From Myxococcota bacterium (lineage in GTDB: Bacteria; Myxococcota_A; UBA9042; PHBI01; JAWLBL01), in the NCBI GenBank assembly GCA_041687695.1, contig JAWLBL010000015.1, positions 140,589-204,588 on the forward strand: a stretch of DNA of 64,000 bases. Reading direction: 5' to 3'. Positions within the stretch are counted from its first letter, which is position 1; the number at the start of each line of letters is the position of its first letter. Below are positions 18,346 through 34,034 of the stretch, piece after piece. The notes below the pieces were generated by a model, which ran no database searches, was not told the DNA's origin, and saw only the letters and a list, made by a program, of their open reading frames with translations. A program made the position numbers and the translations under genes.

Positions 18346-20796
18346 ATGCTCGCTCTCTGGCGCCGCCCCTGGCGGCTCGCCTCTCTCATGGCGTTTGCCA
18401 TGACGCTCGCCCCGGCGTGTGGCGACGACAACCTTGGCGGCGGTTTCGTGGACGACATCTTCGCCGACAACGGCGAGCCGGCGCCCGACCCGGACGCCGA
18501 CGCCACCACCGACACCGGCGACGATGTCCCCGACGATGACGTCGACGCGGTCGACGACGTCGCGCCCGCGACCTGTACCAACAACGACGACTGTCTCGCG
18601 ACCGAGTTCTGTCTGCTGCTGGACTGTACGGCGCCCGGCACCTGTGAGACCCGGCCCACCGAGTGCGCGGTCATCTACGCCCCGGTCTGCGGCTGCGACG
18701 GCGTGACCTACGACAACGCCTGCGAGGCGAACCGAGCCGGCGTGTCCCTGGGCTCCATCGGCGCCTGTCCGCTACCGCCGGAGTGTGAAGTCGACGCCGA
18801 CTGTCCGGCTGGCGAGATCTGCCTGAACGGCCAGTGCGTCGCCGCGCCGCCCGAGTGCGTGGTGGACGGCGACTGCCCCGCGGGCGAGATCTGCGTCGAC
18901 GGCGAGTGCGTCGCGGCGCCGCCCGAGTGCACCAAGGACTCGGACTGCCCGATGGGCGAGATCTGCGTCGACGGCCAGTGCGTCGCGGCGCCGCCCGAGT
19001 GCGAGACCGACGACGACTGCCCGGCGGGCAAGATCTGCGTCGACGGCCAGTGCGTCGCGGCGCCGCCCGAGTGCACCAAGGACTCGGACTGCGACTACGG
19101 CGAGATCTGCGTCGACGGCCAGTGCGTCGCGGCGCCGCCCGAGTGCACCAAGGACTCGGACTGCGACTACGGCGAGATCTGCGTCGACGGCCAGTGCGTC
19201 GCGGCGCCGCCCGAGTGCGAGACCGACGACGACTGCGACTACGGCAAGGTGTGCAAGGACGGCAAGTGCGTCGCCCCGCCGCCCGAGTGCGAGACCGACG
19301 ACGACTGCCCCTATGGCAAGGTCTGCATCGGCTGGATGTGCGTCCTGCCGCCGCCCGAGTGCGTGGTCGACGCGGACTGCGACTACGGCGAGATCTGCAA
19401 GGACGGCGAGTGCATCATCCCGCCGCCCGAGTGCACGAAGAACAAGGACTGCCCCTACGGCAAGCAGTGCATGGACGGCAAGTGCGTCAACCCGCCCGAG
19501 TGCGTGAAGAACGCGGACTGCCCGACCGGCAAGATCTGCGTCGACCACCGCTGCGTCCTGCCGCCGCCGGAGTGCAAGTACCACACGGACTGCCCGACCG
19601 GTGAGATCTGCCACTTCGGCGAGTGCGTGCTGCCGCCGACCGAGTGCGTCAAGAACGAGGACTGCCTGTACGGCCAGGTCTGCGTCTACGGCCAGTGCGT
19701 GCTGGCGCCCCCCGAGTGCAAGGAGGACACCGACTGCGGCACCGGCGAGGTCTGCAAGTACGGCCAGTGCGTCCTGCCGCCGGCCGAGTGCGTCTGGGAC
19801 GAGGACTGCAAGTACGGCGAGCTGTGCCTGTACGGGCAGTGCGTGGTGGTGCCGCGCGAGTGCACCAAGGACAAGGAGTGCGCCTACGCCGAGACGTGCG
19901 TCAACGGCGAGTGCGTCGAGGCGCCGCGGCCCTGCGAGGTCAACGCGGACTGCGAGGACGGCCACGTCTGCGCCGGTGGGTACTGCGTGCTGCCGCCCGA
20001 GTCGTGCGACTACGACGAGGACTGCGGCCAGGGCGAGATCTGCAAGTACGACGAGTGCATCCTGCCGCCGGCCGAGTGCGTCTTCAACGGCGACTGCTAC
20101 GGCGACGAGCTCTGCGTGTACGGCCAGTGCGTCCAGCCGCCGGCCGAGTGCTACAAGGACGAGGAGTGCCCGACCGGCGAAGTGTGCAAGTACGGCGAGT
20201 GCGTGCTGCCGCCGGCCGAGTGCGTCCTGAACGAGGACTGCAAGTACGACGAGCAGTGCGTCTACGGCCAGTGCGTGCTGGCGCCGCCCGAGTGCACGTA
20301 CGACAGCGACTGCCCGAGCGGCTACGAGTGCAAGTACGACTACTGCGTCCTGGCGCCGCCCGAGTGCCAGTACGACGCGGACTGCCCGTACGGCGAGGTC
20401 TGCATCGACGGCCAGTGCGTCGTGGCGCCGCCGGAGTGCAAGTACGACAAGGACTGCGACTACGGCAAGATCTGCGTCGAGGGCGTCTGCGTCCTGCCGC
20501 CGCCCGAGTGCCAGTACGACGAGGACTGCGACTACGGCGAGATCTGCGTCGAGGGCCAGTGCGTCTCGCCGCCGCCCGGGTGCAAGTACGACAAGGATTG
20601 CAGCTACGGCGAGATCTGCGTCGACGGCCAGTGCGTCTCGCCCCCGCAGTCCTGCAAGAAGGACTACGACTGCTCGTCCGGCTACGTGTGCGACAAGGGC
20701 CAGTGCGTCGAGGCGCCGCCCGAGTGCTCCAAGAACTCCCACTGCTACTTCTGGCAGATGTGCGTCGAGGGTTACTGCCAGGACAAGTGGTGGTGA
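18346..20796 (+). CDS. Cys-rich lipoprotein: Kazal-like domain plus 28 tandem 24-aa four-Cys repeats
   Basis: Lipobox-like LAPAC, acidic linker, CAVIYAPVCGCDGVTYDNAC (Kazal-like), then the repeat C-x5-C-x5-C-x4-C-V-x-x-P-P-E with a 72-bp DNA period. Confidence 0.85.
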   Translation: MLALWRRPWRLASLMAFAMTLAPACGDDNLGGGFVDDIFADNGEPAPDPDADATTDTGDDVPDDDVDAVDDVAPATCTNNDDCLATEFCLLLDCTAPGTCETRPTECAVIYAPVCGCDGVTYDNACEANRAGVSLGSIGACPLPPECEVDADCPAGEICLNGQCVAAPPECVVDGDCPAGEICVDGECVAAPPECTKDSDCPMGEICVDGQCVAAPPECETDDDCPAGKICVDGQCVAAPPECTKDSDCDYGEICVDGQCVAAPPECTKDSDCDYGEICVDGQCVAAPPECETDDDCDYGKVCKDGKCVAPPPECETDDDCPYGKVCIGWMCVLPPPECVVDADCDYGEICKDGECIIPPPECTKNKDCPYGKQCMDGKCVNPPECVKNADCPTGKICVDHRCVLPPPECKYHTDCPTGEICHFGECVLPPTECVKNEDCLYGQVCVYGQCVLAPPECKEDTDCGTGEVCKYGQCVLPPAECVWDEDCKYGELCLYGQCVVVPRECTKDKECAYAETCVNGECVEAPRPCEVNADCEDGHVCAGGYCVLPPESCDYDEDCGQGEICKYDECILPPAECVFNGDCYGDELCVYGQCVQPPAECYKDEECPTGEVCKYGECVLPPAECVLNEDCKYDEQCVYGQCVLAPPECTYDSDCPSGYECKYDYCVLAPPECQYDADCPYGEVCIDGQCVVAPPECKYDKDCDYGKICVEGVCVLPPPECQYDEDCDYGEICVEGQCVSPPPGCKYDKDCSYGEICVDGQCVSPPQSCKKDYDCSSGYVCDKGQCVEAPPECSKNSHCYFWQMCVEGYCQDKWW

Positions 20797-21341
20797 TCCC
20801 CCACTGACCGGTGACCCGGGCGGGCCCTCGTGACCCGCTCGAGGCGCCGGGTCCCGCGAAACTCCCCGACAGCGCTTGGACGCCCGGGTCGAGCTCGACG
20901 CTCGGCCCGGGCGTTCGCCTTTCGAAGCGACCGCTCCCGTGACCCGCGCGCACGGGCGGAATACATTCGCTGAGCCTCTCAAGGGCCCACGCGCTCGCGG
21001 GTCGCGACTTTGCCGCGCTCCCCGCCCTCCGGCCGTGGTCCCCGCGTCCGCCCGCCTGCTTGGCCGCCATCTGCCGCGGCCGAAACCCAATCTTCTTTTC
21101 TCGACGAAGCTCCCATCGGGCCGCGGTCAGGGTCGCTGACGCGCTCCATGCCTGGCGCACGTGCGCGGACGGCAGGGCGCGTGATGATCCGGGCCGCGGT
21201 AGCGCCGCCGTGCCTGCGGCGCGACGTCGGGCGTCCGGTCTCGGGCGCCTCGTGCGGTGGCCTTCGTGTGCCCTGTGGGGGAGGTGCTCGATGTGGCGAT
21301 CGATGGATGAGGCGCGTCCGGCGGCGGGCGACGCAGTGACG

Positions 21342-26684
<5,343 letters not shown>

Positions 26685-26863
26685 CCCTTTCTAGCCTCCC
26701 CTCCCCGGCGCCCGCCCGGACCTCGGCCCCCAACCGAGCGTCCGCGGCGGGCGTCGGCGTTCGACGAGGCGCGCCGCTTCGACCCGCTGAGGACCCGAGG
26801 GTTGGACCGGGGGGCTCGGGGTGTCACCGTTGTCCGTGAAGCACGGTTTCGCGGAGAGACGCG

Positions 26864-27304
26864 ATGAGCGAGCGCACGGTGAGGATGGAAGGCGTCCACG
26901 GGGCGATGGAGCTGAGGTGTCCGGCGCCCGGCGTGGTGGTGCTGGTGCTGTCGGGCCAGGACGCCGGGGAGCTGGGCGATCGGCCGTTTCGGGAGCTGGA
27001 GCGGATCCTGGCCGATGGACGGGTGGACCTGTTCATCGACGGACGCGACAGCCGCGGGCCGACCATCGACGTCAGCAACGCCTGGGCCGAGTGGCTGGCG
27101 CGGCACCGAAAGCGGCTGGACCGGGTGACGATGCTGACCGGCAGCCGGTTCGTCGAGGTCACCGCGTCCTTCGTGCGGCGCTTCGCCAAGCTCGAGGACC
27201 TGATGCGGGTCACCACCGACCCGGCGGCCTTCGACAGCGAGCTGGCCCTGGCGGTGCAGGCGGCCGCGCTCGAGGCCGGCGACGAAGGCGGGCTGCTGCA
27301 CTGA
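26864..27304 (+). CDS. Hypothetical protein, possibly STAS/SpoIIAA-like fold
   Basis: GGAG RBS, strong GC3 bias, alpha/beta pattern VVVLVLSG...LFIDGR...VTMLT. Confidence 0.6.
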   Translation: MSERTVRMEGVHGAMELRCPAPGVVVLVLSGQDAGELGDRPFRELERILADGRVDLFIDGRDSRGPTIDVSNAWAEWLARHRKRLDRVTMLTGSRFVEVTASFVRRFAKLEDLMRVTTDPAAFDSELALAVQAAALEAGDEGGLLH

Positions 27305-27309
27305 GCGGC

Positions 27310-27861
27310 GTGAGCCAGCGCGACCCAGGCGCGGCGCCGGGGCCGGCGACCCGGCTCTTCACCTTCGGCCACTCGACGCGGTCGCTGGAGGAGGCCATCG
27401 ACACCCTGCGCGCCCACGGGGTCGGGGCCCTGGTCGACGTGCGGCGCTTCCCCGGCTCGCGGCGGCTGCCCCACTTCGGGCGCGACCAGCTGGCGCCCGC
27501 GCTGGCGGCGGCGGGGCTCGAGTACGTCTGGGAAGAGGACCTGGGCGGCCGGCGAAGGCGCCGCGAAGGCTCGCCCCACACCGCTTGGCGGGTCGCCTCG
27601 TTCGCCGCCTACGCCGACCACATGGACTCGCCCGAGTTCATCGCGGCCGCCGAGCGGGTGATGGCGACGGCCGCGCGGGTCCCCACCGCCGTGATGTGCG
27701 CCGAGGCGCGCCCCGAGCAGTGCCACCGCCGGCTCATCGCCGACTGGATGACCGTGCGCGGCGTCGAGGTCCTGCACCTGATGACGCCGACCCGCGCCGT
27801 GCCCCACCGCGTGCCCGACTTCGCCCGGGTCGAGGACGGCCGGCTGGTCTACGACGGGTGA
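27310..27861 (+). CDS. DUF488 family protein
   Basis: LFTFGHSTRS, LVDVRRFPGSRR, LGGRR, YADHM, VMCAE...CHRRLIAD. Confidence 0.88.
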   Translation: MSQRDPGAAPGPATRLFTFGHSTRSLEEAIDTLRAHGVGALVDVRRFPGSRRLPHFGRDQLAPALAAAGLEYVWEEDLGGRRRRREGSPHTAWRVASFAAYADHMDSPEFIAAAERVMATAARVPTAVMCAEARPEQCHRRLIADWMTVRGVEVLHLMTPTRAVPHRVPDFARVEDGRLVYDG

Positions 27862-28179
27862 CGGGAGGGGCGAAGTCGCAGCGCGTCAGGCTGGGGATCG
27901 GGAGAGCGACCCATGAGCCCTAGCGAGCTGGGGCGTTCCGTAGAAGGCTCGCCGCTGCGAATCCACCACGGAGCCCGACGACCGGACTGCACGAGCTCGC
28001 TCGTGCTCCGGCGTAGCGCGGCTCGCCGCGCTGAATGCGAGGCGTGGCGGGCCCACTCGAGACTTCGCGATCGCCCTGGGGAGGCCGCTCGGGCCGGGTG
28101 ACACGGCGTGCGAGGCGGCGTAAGGTGCTGGGCTACCCTCCATCGCCCATGACGGGGCGCGTCTTCGAGAGCTGGCCCC

Positions 28180-29796
28180 ATGCGCATCGCGACCCTCCTC
28201 GGCACCTTGAGCCTCACCGCGGCGCTGGCGGGCTGCCTGGACTCCGGCGGGTCCGGTGAGGGCGAGCCGGCCGCTCGCGAGTACGACCGGGTCGAGGTGC
28301 TGAGCGTCTTTCCGGCCCGCTGGTCGAACAACGAGTGGCGGCGGAGCTGCGACGTGTCGGTCGACTCCGGCCTCCTGGTCTCGTTCGCGTACGTCTCGCC
28401 CTGGCGGCGACCGGGCACCCAGCCACCCACGCTGGGAGGGTCCAGCACGCCGCCCCAGGTGGACCGCGACCGCGCCCTGCGGCCGCTGGACCTGTACGCG
28501 GGCCTGCGGGTCAACGGCTGGGCGGCCAACGACCCGCGCTTCGACGACGAGACCGTCCGGCTGCGCATCGACTGCGTCCACGCGACGGAGCCCGAAGGCG
28601 GCGAGGGCTGCCTGCCGCTCGCGCCCCCCTCGGGCTTTCCGACGCTTCAGTGGCGCTCGCCCGAGCGCATCGGGTTCGGTTCCTCGCCCGTCGATGTCGT
28701 CGTCGTGCTCGACGCGCGGCTGGGAGCCGCTGGGCGCCAGGCCGCGGCGAGCGTCCTCGACGCGCTGTCGCCGAACGACCGGGTCGCCGTGCTGGCCCAT
28801 GGCGCGGAGCTGGCCGAGGGGCAGGGACTCGTCGCCGCCTGTCCGACGCCCGACGGGAGCCCCGTGGGCGCCGACTGGCGGGCGGCGCTGTCGGCGTGCT
28901 TCGACCTCGAGGCTCGCGGCCCGGCGGCGCCCGCGCTGGAGGGCGTGGAGACGGCGGCGCCCGAGGCCGCGTCGAACCTGTGGCGGGCCGTCGACGAGGC
29001 CGTCGCCTTCCTGCTCTCCCGAGGCACCCTCGAGCGTTGGCGCCACGTCATCGCGGTGACGGCGGGCCCCGACACGTGTGACGTGACCGCGGGCGACGCG
29101 CCGACGTGCAGCGACGCGGCCGAGGGGTGCACGACCTCGAGCCCGTGGGAGGTGCGCAAGCGGCGGAACGCGTTCCCCGTGGGCTACGACGGCTCGGTCG
29201 TGCAGCTCCACTTCGTGCAGGTCGCGACCGAGCGCCACCCCCACCCCGATCCCGAGCAACGCGCGCTCGCCTGCGAGAGCGGCGGCCACTATCGCTTCCT
29301 GCCGACCCCGCAGGGCGCAGACGGCGAGGAGGCCGCGGACGCGACCGTCGGCGCCGCGGCCATCGAGGACGCCGCGATGGCGATGCGGCACGCGGCGAGC
29401 GGGTCCTGGCAGGCGGGTGTGGCGTTCAGCGGGCTCCAGGACGCCGCGGTCCCCCGTGGCCGCCTGTTGGCCCTCGAGGGGGCGATCGTCGTCGAGGCGG
29501 AGGCCCGCCTGTCCAACGCGCGCGCCGAGTACTCCTTTCAGGGAGAGGGCCCGGCGGACGAGCGGCCCCGCTTCCATCTGCCCTGCACCACCTCGGCCCA
29601 GTGCGGCGTGGAGACCGTCGAGCCCTGCGGAGCCGTCGGGTGTCGGCTCGACAGCGGCCTCTGCGAGCCCGCGCAGACGCGACGCGGCGATGGCGATCTG
29701 TGCGCCTACAGCCCGTTCGGCACGGCCCACCCCGGCTTCTGCTGCCAGGGCGAGTGCCTGCCGGAGCAATCGTTTTGCGGCGAGTGCCCCATGTGA
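28180..29796 (+). CDS. Cys-containing lipoprotein with a degenerate vWA-like domain
   Basis: Lipobox LAGC. DVVVVLD, DRVAVL, SNLWRAVDEA, HVIAVTAGPDTC, LHFVQ, LACESGGHYRF. Cys-rich tail. Confidence 0.6.
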   Translation: MRIATLLGTLSLTAALAGCLDSGGSGEGEPAAREYDRVEVLSVFPARWSNNEWRRSCDVSVDSGLLVSFAYVSPWRRPGTQPPTLGGSSTPPQVDRDRALRPLDLYAGLRVNGWAANDPRFDDETVRLRIDCVHATEPEGGEGCLPLAPPSGFPTLQWRSPERIGFGSSPVDVVVVLDARLGAAGRQAAASVLDALSPNDRVAVLAHGAELAEGQGLVAACPTPDGSPVGADWRAALSACFDLEARGPAAPALEGVETAAPEAASNLWRAVDEAVAFLLSRGTLERWRHVIAVTAGPDTCDVTAGDAPTCSDAAEGCTTSSPWEVRKRRNAFPVGYDGSVVQLHFVQVATERHPHPDPEQRALACESGGHYRFLPTPQGADGEEAADATVGAAAIEDAAMAMRHAASGSWQAGVAFSGLQDAAVPRGRLLALEGAIVVEAEARLSNARAEYSFQGEGPADERPRFHLPCTTSAQCGVETVEPCGAVGCRLDSGLCEPAQTRRGDGDLCAYSPFGTAHPGFCCQGECLPEQSFCGECPM

Positions 29797-29893
29797 TTCA
29801 CCTGCGCCCATGTCGCGACAACGGTTGCGACATGGGGGCCTCCAGCGGGACGGGTGGCGGCGCGGGGCCGCTTGGATCAAGCGCGCCGTGAGT

Positions 29894-29909
29894 TGGCACG
29901 GGAGATGCT
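29894..29909 (+). promoter_or_regulatory. sigma54 (-24/-12) promoter candidate for the persulfide dioxygenase gene
   Basis: TGGCACGGGAGATGCT with GG-N10-GC spacing, about 80 bp upstream of ATG 29990. Confidence 0.6.
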
Positions 29910-29989
29910 TTCCTTTGCGGGCAGGGTGGCTATGTCGCCCCCTACGCCATGGACCGCGTCGAGATGAGGCGCGGTGAGGAGGAAACCCC

Positions 29990-30682
29990 ATGATCTTCCG
30001 CCAACTCTTCGAGCCCGATACCGGCACCTACACCTACCTGGTCGGCGACGAGGCGACCGGCGAGGCCGTCCTCATCGACCCCGTGGACAAGGACACCGAC
30101 AAGTACATCCAGCTCATCCGCGAGCTGGACCTGAAGCTGGTCTACGCCCTGGACACCCACGTCCACGCCGACCACGTCACCGCCCTGGGGCCGCTGCGCG
30201 AGCGCACCGACTGCGTGACCATCATGGGCGCCGAGACCAAGGCGCAGTGCGTGTCGCGCAAGGTCTCCGACGGCGAGGTGGTGCGCTTCGGCACCCTGCA
30301 GCTGACGGCGCTGGCGACTCCGGGCCACACCGACGACTCGTACAGCTTCCTGATGGACGACCGCGTCTTCACCGGCGACACGCTGCTCATCCGCGGCACC
30401 GGCCGGACCGACTTCCAGAACGGCAACTCGCGCGCCCAGTACGACAGCCTCTTCGGCAAGCTGCTGAAGCTGCCCGACGAGACCTGGGTCTACCCGGGCC
30501 ACGACTACAAGGGCTGGACGGTCAGCACCATCGGCGAGGAGAAGCGCTGGAACCCGCGGCTGCAGGTCAAGTCGGTCGACGAGTACGTCGAGCTGATGGC
30601 CAACCTGAAGCTGCCCAACCCCCGGTACATGGACGTCGCGGTGCCCGCCAACCTGGCCTGCGGCATGCCGCAGGTGGCCTGA
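29990..30682 (+). CDS. Persulfide dioxygenase (ETHE1/Sdo-like metallo-beta-lactamase fold)
   Basis: MIFRQLFE..TYTYL, DTHVHADHVT, TPGHT, FTGDTLLIRGTGRTDFQ, YPGHDY, NPRL, AVPANLACG. Strong GAGGAGG RBS. Confidence 0.88.
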   Translation: MIFRQLFEPDTGTYTYLVGDEATGEAVLIDPVDKDTDKYIQLIRELDLKLVYALDTHVHADHVTALGPLRERTDCVTIMGAETKAQCVSRKVSDGEVVRFGTLQLTALATPGHTDDSYSFLMDDRVFTGDTLLIRGTGRTDFQNGNSRAQYDSLFGKLLKLPDETWVYPGHDYKGWTVSTIGEEKRWNPRLQVKSVDEYVELMANLKLPNPRYMDVAVPANLACGMPQVA

Positions 30683-30774
30683 CGACGATCTCGCGAGGGC
30701 GAGGCCGGCAAGCGGCCCCGCTCTTGTGAGGGCTGGCCGAGCGGCCAAGCTAGGGGCTCACCCTCGGAGCCCCC

Positions 30775-31956
30775 ATGCCGCTCGACCGCCAGCCCTCGCC
30801 GGGGACCCAGGCGCTGGTCATCGATGGCCCGCGCCTGCAGCGTCTTCTGGACGCGCTCGCCGCGCGCGGCCACCGCGTCATCGGACCGCAAGTGCGAGAT
30901 GGCGCGGTGGTCCTGGGCGATCTGACCACCGCCCGGGATCTCCCCGCCGGCTGGGGCGAGGTGCAGGACGGCGGCGCCTACCGCCTGACCCGCCGCGACG
31001 ACGGCGCCCTGTTCGGCTGGTCGGTCGGCCCGCACAGCTGGAAGCGCTGGCTGCACCCGCCGGCCATCACCCTGTGGCGCGCGCGGCGGACTGACGACGG
31101 CGGGGGCTTCCAGGTGCTGGACCCGCCGCCCGAGGACCCGCGCCCGCTGGCCTTCTTCGGGGCGCGCGCCTGCGACCTGGCCGCCATCGCCGTGCAGGAC
31201 CGGGTCCTGATGGGCGGGCCGCACATCGACACTGGCTACGCTCGCCGCCGTGAGGGCCTGTTCGTGGTCGCCGTGCAGTGCGGGCAGGCCGGCGGCACCT
31301 GCTTTTGCGCCTCGATGGGCACCGGGCCGCGGGCGACGCGCGGCTTCGACCTGGCCCTGACCGAGCTGCTGGACGAGGCCGGCCATCGCTTCGTGGTCGA
31401 GGTGGGGACCGAGGCGGGCGCGGCGGTGATGGCCGAGGTCGAGCACCGCCCGGCCCGCGCCGACGAGTGGCGCGCCAGCCAAGCCGCGACCGCGCGCGCC
31501 GAGGCGACCCAGGGGCGGGTGCTGCCCGACGAGCCCGGCGTGCCGGCGCTGCTGATGGCCAACCTCGAGCACCCGCGCTGGGACGAGGTCGCCGAGCGCT
31601 GCCTGACCTGCGGCAACTGCACCATGGTCTGCCCGACCTGCTTCTGCACGACCGTGCAGGACACCAGCGATCTGGCCGGCCACGAGGCGGCGCGCGTGCG
31701 GACCTGGGACTCGTGCTTCACCGTCGACTTCACCGCGCTGCACGGCGGGGCGGTGCGCCGCTCGGGCCGGTCGCGCTACCGCCAGTGGCTGACCCACAAG
31801 CTGGCCACCTGGTACGAGCAGTTCGGCAGCTCGGGCTGCGTCGGCTGCGGGCGCTGCATCACCTGGTGCCCGGTCGGCATCGACCTGACCGAGGAGGTGG
31901 CGGCCATCCGCGGGCAGGACGCGCAGGCGGGGCGGCCGGCCGAGGAGGTCTCGTGA
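30775..31956 (+). CDS. Group 3b [NiFe] hydrogenase/sulfhydrogenase beta (Fe-S) subunit
   Basis: [56 protein letters not shown]. Confidence 0.88.
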   Translation: MPLDRQPSPGTQALVIDGPRLQRLLDALAARGHRVIGPQVRDGAVVLGDLTTARDLPAGWGEVQDGGAYRLTRRDDGALFGWSVGPHSWKRWLHPPAITLWRARRTDDGGGFQVLDPPPEDPRPLAFFGARACDLAAIAVQDRVLMGGPHIDTGYARRREGLFVVAVQCGQAGGTCFCASMGTGPRATRGFDLALTELLDEAGHRFVVEVGTEAGAAVMAEVEHRPARADEWRASQAATARAEATQGRVLPDEPGVPALLMANLEHPRWDEVAERCLTCGNCTMVCPTCFCTTVQDTSDLAGHEAARVRTWDSCFTVDFTALHGGAVRRSGRSRYRQWLTHKLATWYEQFGSSGCVGCGRCITWCPVGIDLTEEVAAIRGQDAQAGRPAEEVS

Positions 31957-32414
31957 GGGATCTGGCGCGCACGCTGGCCGAGGCGCCGGTCCTGCGGGGC
32001 CTGCCGGACGAGGACCTCGAGCTGCTGGCCGGCTGCGCCCGCAACGTGCGCTTTGCGGCCGGCGCGTGGATCTTCCGCGAGGGCGGGGCGGCGGACACCT
32101 TCTACTGGGTGCGGCAGGGGCAGGTCGCGCTGAGCGTCCACGCGCCCGGGCAGGGCGAGCTGACCATCGACACGGTCCACGAGGGCGAGATCCTGGGTTT
32201 TTCGTGGCTGTTTCCGCCCTACCGCTGGCAGTTCGACGCGCGGGCGGTCACGGCGGTGGCGGCGCTGGCCTTCGACGGCGCCTGCCTGCGTGGCAAGGCC
32301 GAGGCCGACCCGCGGCTGGGCTATCGGCTGATGACCCGCATCGCGCCGGTGGTCGTCGCGCGGCTGCAGGCGGCGCGGGTGCGGCTGCTGGACCTGTATG
32401 GCGCCCATGCTTGA
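31953..32414 (+). CDS. Stand-alone cyclic-nucleotide-binding (Crp-type) domain protein
   Basis: GTG overlaps the previous stop. [31 protein letters not shown]. 153 aa with no HTH. Confidence 0.85.
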   Translation: MRDLARTLAEAPVLRGLPDEDLELLAGCARNVRFAAGAWIFREGGAADTFYWVRQGQVALSVHAPGQGELTIDTVHEGEILGFSWLFPPYRWQFDARAVTAVAALAFDGACLRGKAEADPRLGYRLMTRIAPVVVARLQAARVRLLDLYGAHA

Positions 32415-33246
32415 GGCGGCGCCGGCGGCGGCGGACCCGATGCGGCCCGCGGTGTGGGTCGTGCGCGCGCGGCGGCGCGAGACGGCCGACACGGTGAGCT
32501 TGACCGTGGCGCCGGCCGAGGGCGGGGTCCCGGCGGTCGCGCCCGGGCAGTTCAACATGCTGTGGGCCTTCGGCGTGGGCGAGGCGGCCCTGTCGATCGG
32601 CGGGGCGACGGCGGCCGGCGTGCTGCACACGGTCCGGGCAGTCGGCGCGACGAGCGAGCGGCTGACGCGGCTGCGGCGGGGCGAGGCGCTGGGGGTGCGC
32701 GGGCCGTTCGGGTCGGCGTGGCCGCTGGGGTTGGCCGAGGGGCGCGACGTGGTGGTGATGGCCGGCGGGTTGGGGCTGGCGCCGCTGCGGGGGGCGGTGC
32801 GGGCGCTGCTGCGGAGGCGGCGGCGGGTCGGGCGGCTGGTCGTGCTGGTCGGCGCGCGGACGCCCGAGGACGTGCCCTATGGCAAGGAGCTGGCGCGGTG
32901 GGCGGCGCGCGGGGACCTGCAGGTGCAGGTGACGGTGGACCGGGCGGGGCGCGCGTGGACGGGGCCGGTGGGGCTGGTGACGGCGCTGCTGGACCGGGTG
33001 GCCTTCGAGGCGCGCGGGGCGCTGGCGCTGGTGTGCGGGCCCGAGGTGATGATGCGGGCGTCGGCGCGGGCGCTGGTCGACCGGGGGGTGGGGCCCGAGC
33101 GGGTCTTCCTGTCGATGGAGCGCAACATGAAGTGCGGCGTGGCCTCCTGCGGGCACTGCCAGCTGGCGGGCTCGTTCGTGTGCCGCGAGGGGCCGGTCTA
33201 CCGCTACGACCGCGTCCGGCCGCTGCTGGACGTGCGGGAGCTGTAG
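32407..33246 (+). CDS. Hydrogenase gamma subunit (FAD/NAD(P)-binding, 2Fe-2S)
   Basis: [51 protein letters not shown]. Confidence 0.88.
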   Translation: MLEAAPAAADPMRPAVWVVRARRRETADTVSLTVAPAEGGVPAVAPGQFNMLWAFGVGEAALSIGGATAAGVLHTVRAVGATSERLTRLRRGEALGVRGPFGSAWPLGLAEGRDVVVMAGGLGLAPLRGAVRALLRRRRRVGRLVVLVGARTPEDVPYGKELARWAARGDLQVQVTVDRAGRAWTGPVGLVTALLDRVAFEARGALALVCGPEVMMRASARALVDRGVGPERVFLSMERNMKCGVASCGHCQLAGSFVCREGPVYRYDRVRPLLDVREL

Positions 33247-33248
33247 CC

Positions 33249-34034
33249 GTGGCCAAGCGCAAGCCCAAGCTGGCCGTGTGGAAGTTCGCCTCGTGCGACG
33301 GGTGCCAGCTGACCCTGCTGGACTGCGAGGACGAGCTGCTGGCGCTGGCCGGCGAGGTCGAGATCGCGCACTTTTTGGAGGCGACGAGCGGGATCGTGGC
33401 CGGGCCGTACGACCTGTCGCTGGTCGAGGGGTCGGTGACCACCGAGGAGGACGTCGCGCGCATCCACGCGGTGCGGCGGGTGTCGCGGCGGCTGGTGACC
33501 ATCGGGGCCTGCGCCACGGCGGGGGGCATCCAGGCGCTGCGCAACTTCGCGGACGCCGAGGAGATGCATCGGGTGGTGTACGCGTCGCCGACCTTCGTCA
33601 GGACGCTGGCGACCTCGACCCCCATCGCGGCGCACGTGCCGGTCGACTTCGAGCTGCGCGGCTGCCCCATCGACAAGGCGCAGCTGCTGGAGGTGCTGTC
33701 GGCGAGCCTCGTCGGGCGGGCGCCAGCGGTGCGGGCCCACAGCGTGTGCCTCGAGTGCAAGCGGCGCGGGCAGGTGTGCGTGATGGTGGCGCACGGCACG
33801 CCCTGCCTGGGGCCGGTGACCCACGACGGCTGCGGCGCGCTGTGTCCGCGCTACGACCGCGGGTGCTACGGCTGCTTCGGGCCGATGGAGACGCCGAACA
33901 CGGCCCCGCTGACCGCGTGGTGGCGGGCGCTGGGGGCGACGCCGGCCGAGGTGCGGCAGGCCTTCCACAACTTCAACTGCTGGTCCGAGCCGTTCCGGGC
34001 GGCCGGCGAGGAGGCCGACCCCGATGGGCGGTGA
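33249..34034 (+). CDS. Hydrogenase small (delta) subunit
   Basis: [42 protein letters not shown]...GCYGCFG. Confidence 0.88.
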   Translation: MAKRKPKLAVWKFASCDGCQLTLLDCEDELLALAGEVEIAHFLEATSGIVAGPYDLSLVEGSVTTEEDVARIHAVRRVSRRLVTIGACATAGGIQALRNFADAEEMHRVVYASPTFVRTLATSTPIAAHVPVDFELRGCPIDKAQLLEVLSASLVGRAPAVRAHSVCLECKRRGQVCVMVAHGTPCLGPVTHDGCGALCPRYDRGCYGCFGPMETPNTAPLTAWWRALGATPAEVRQAFHNFNCWSEPFRAAGEEADPDGR

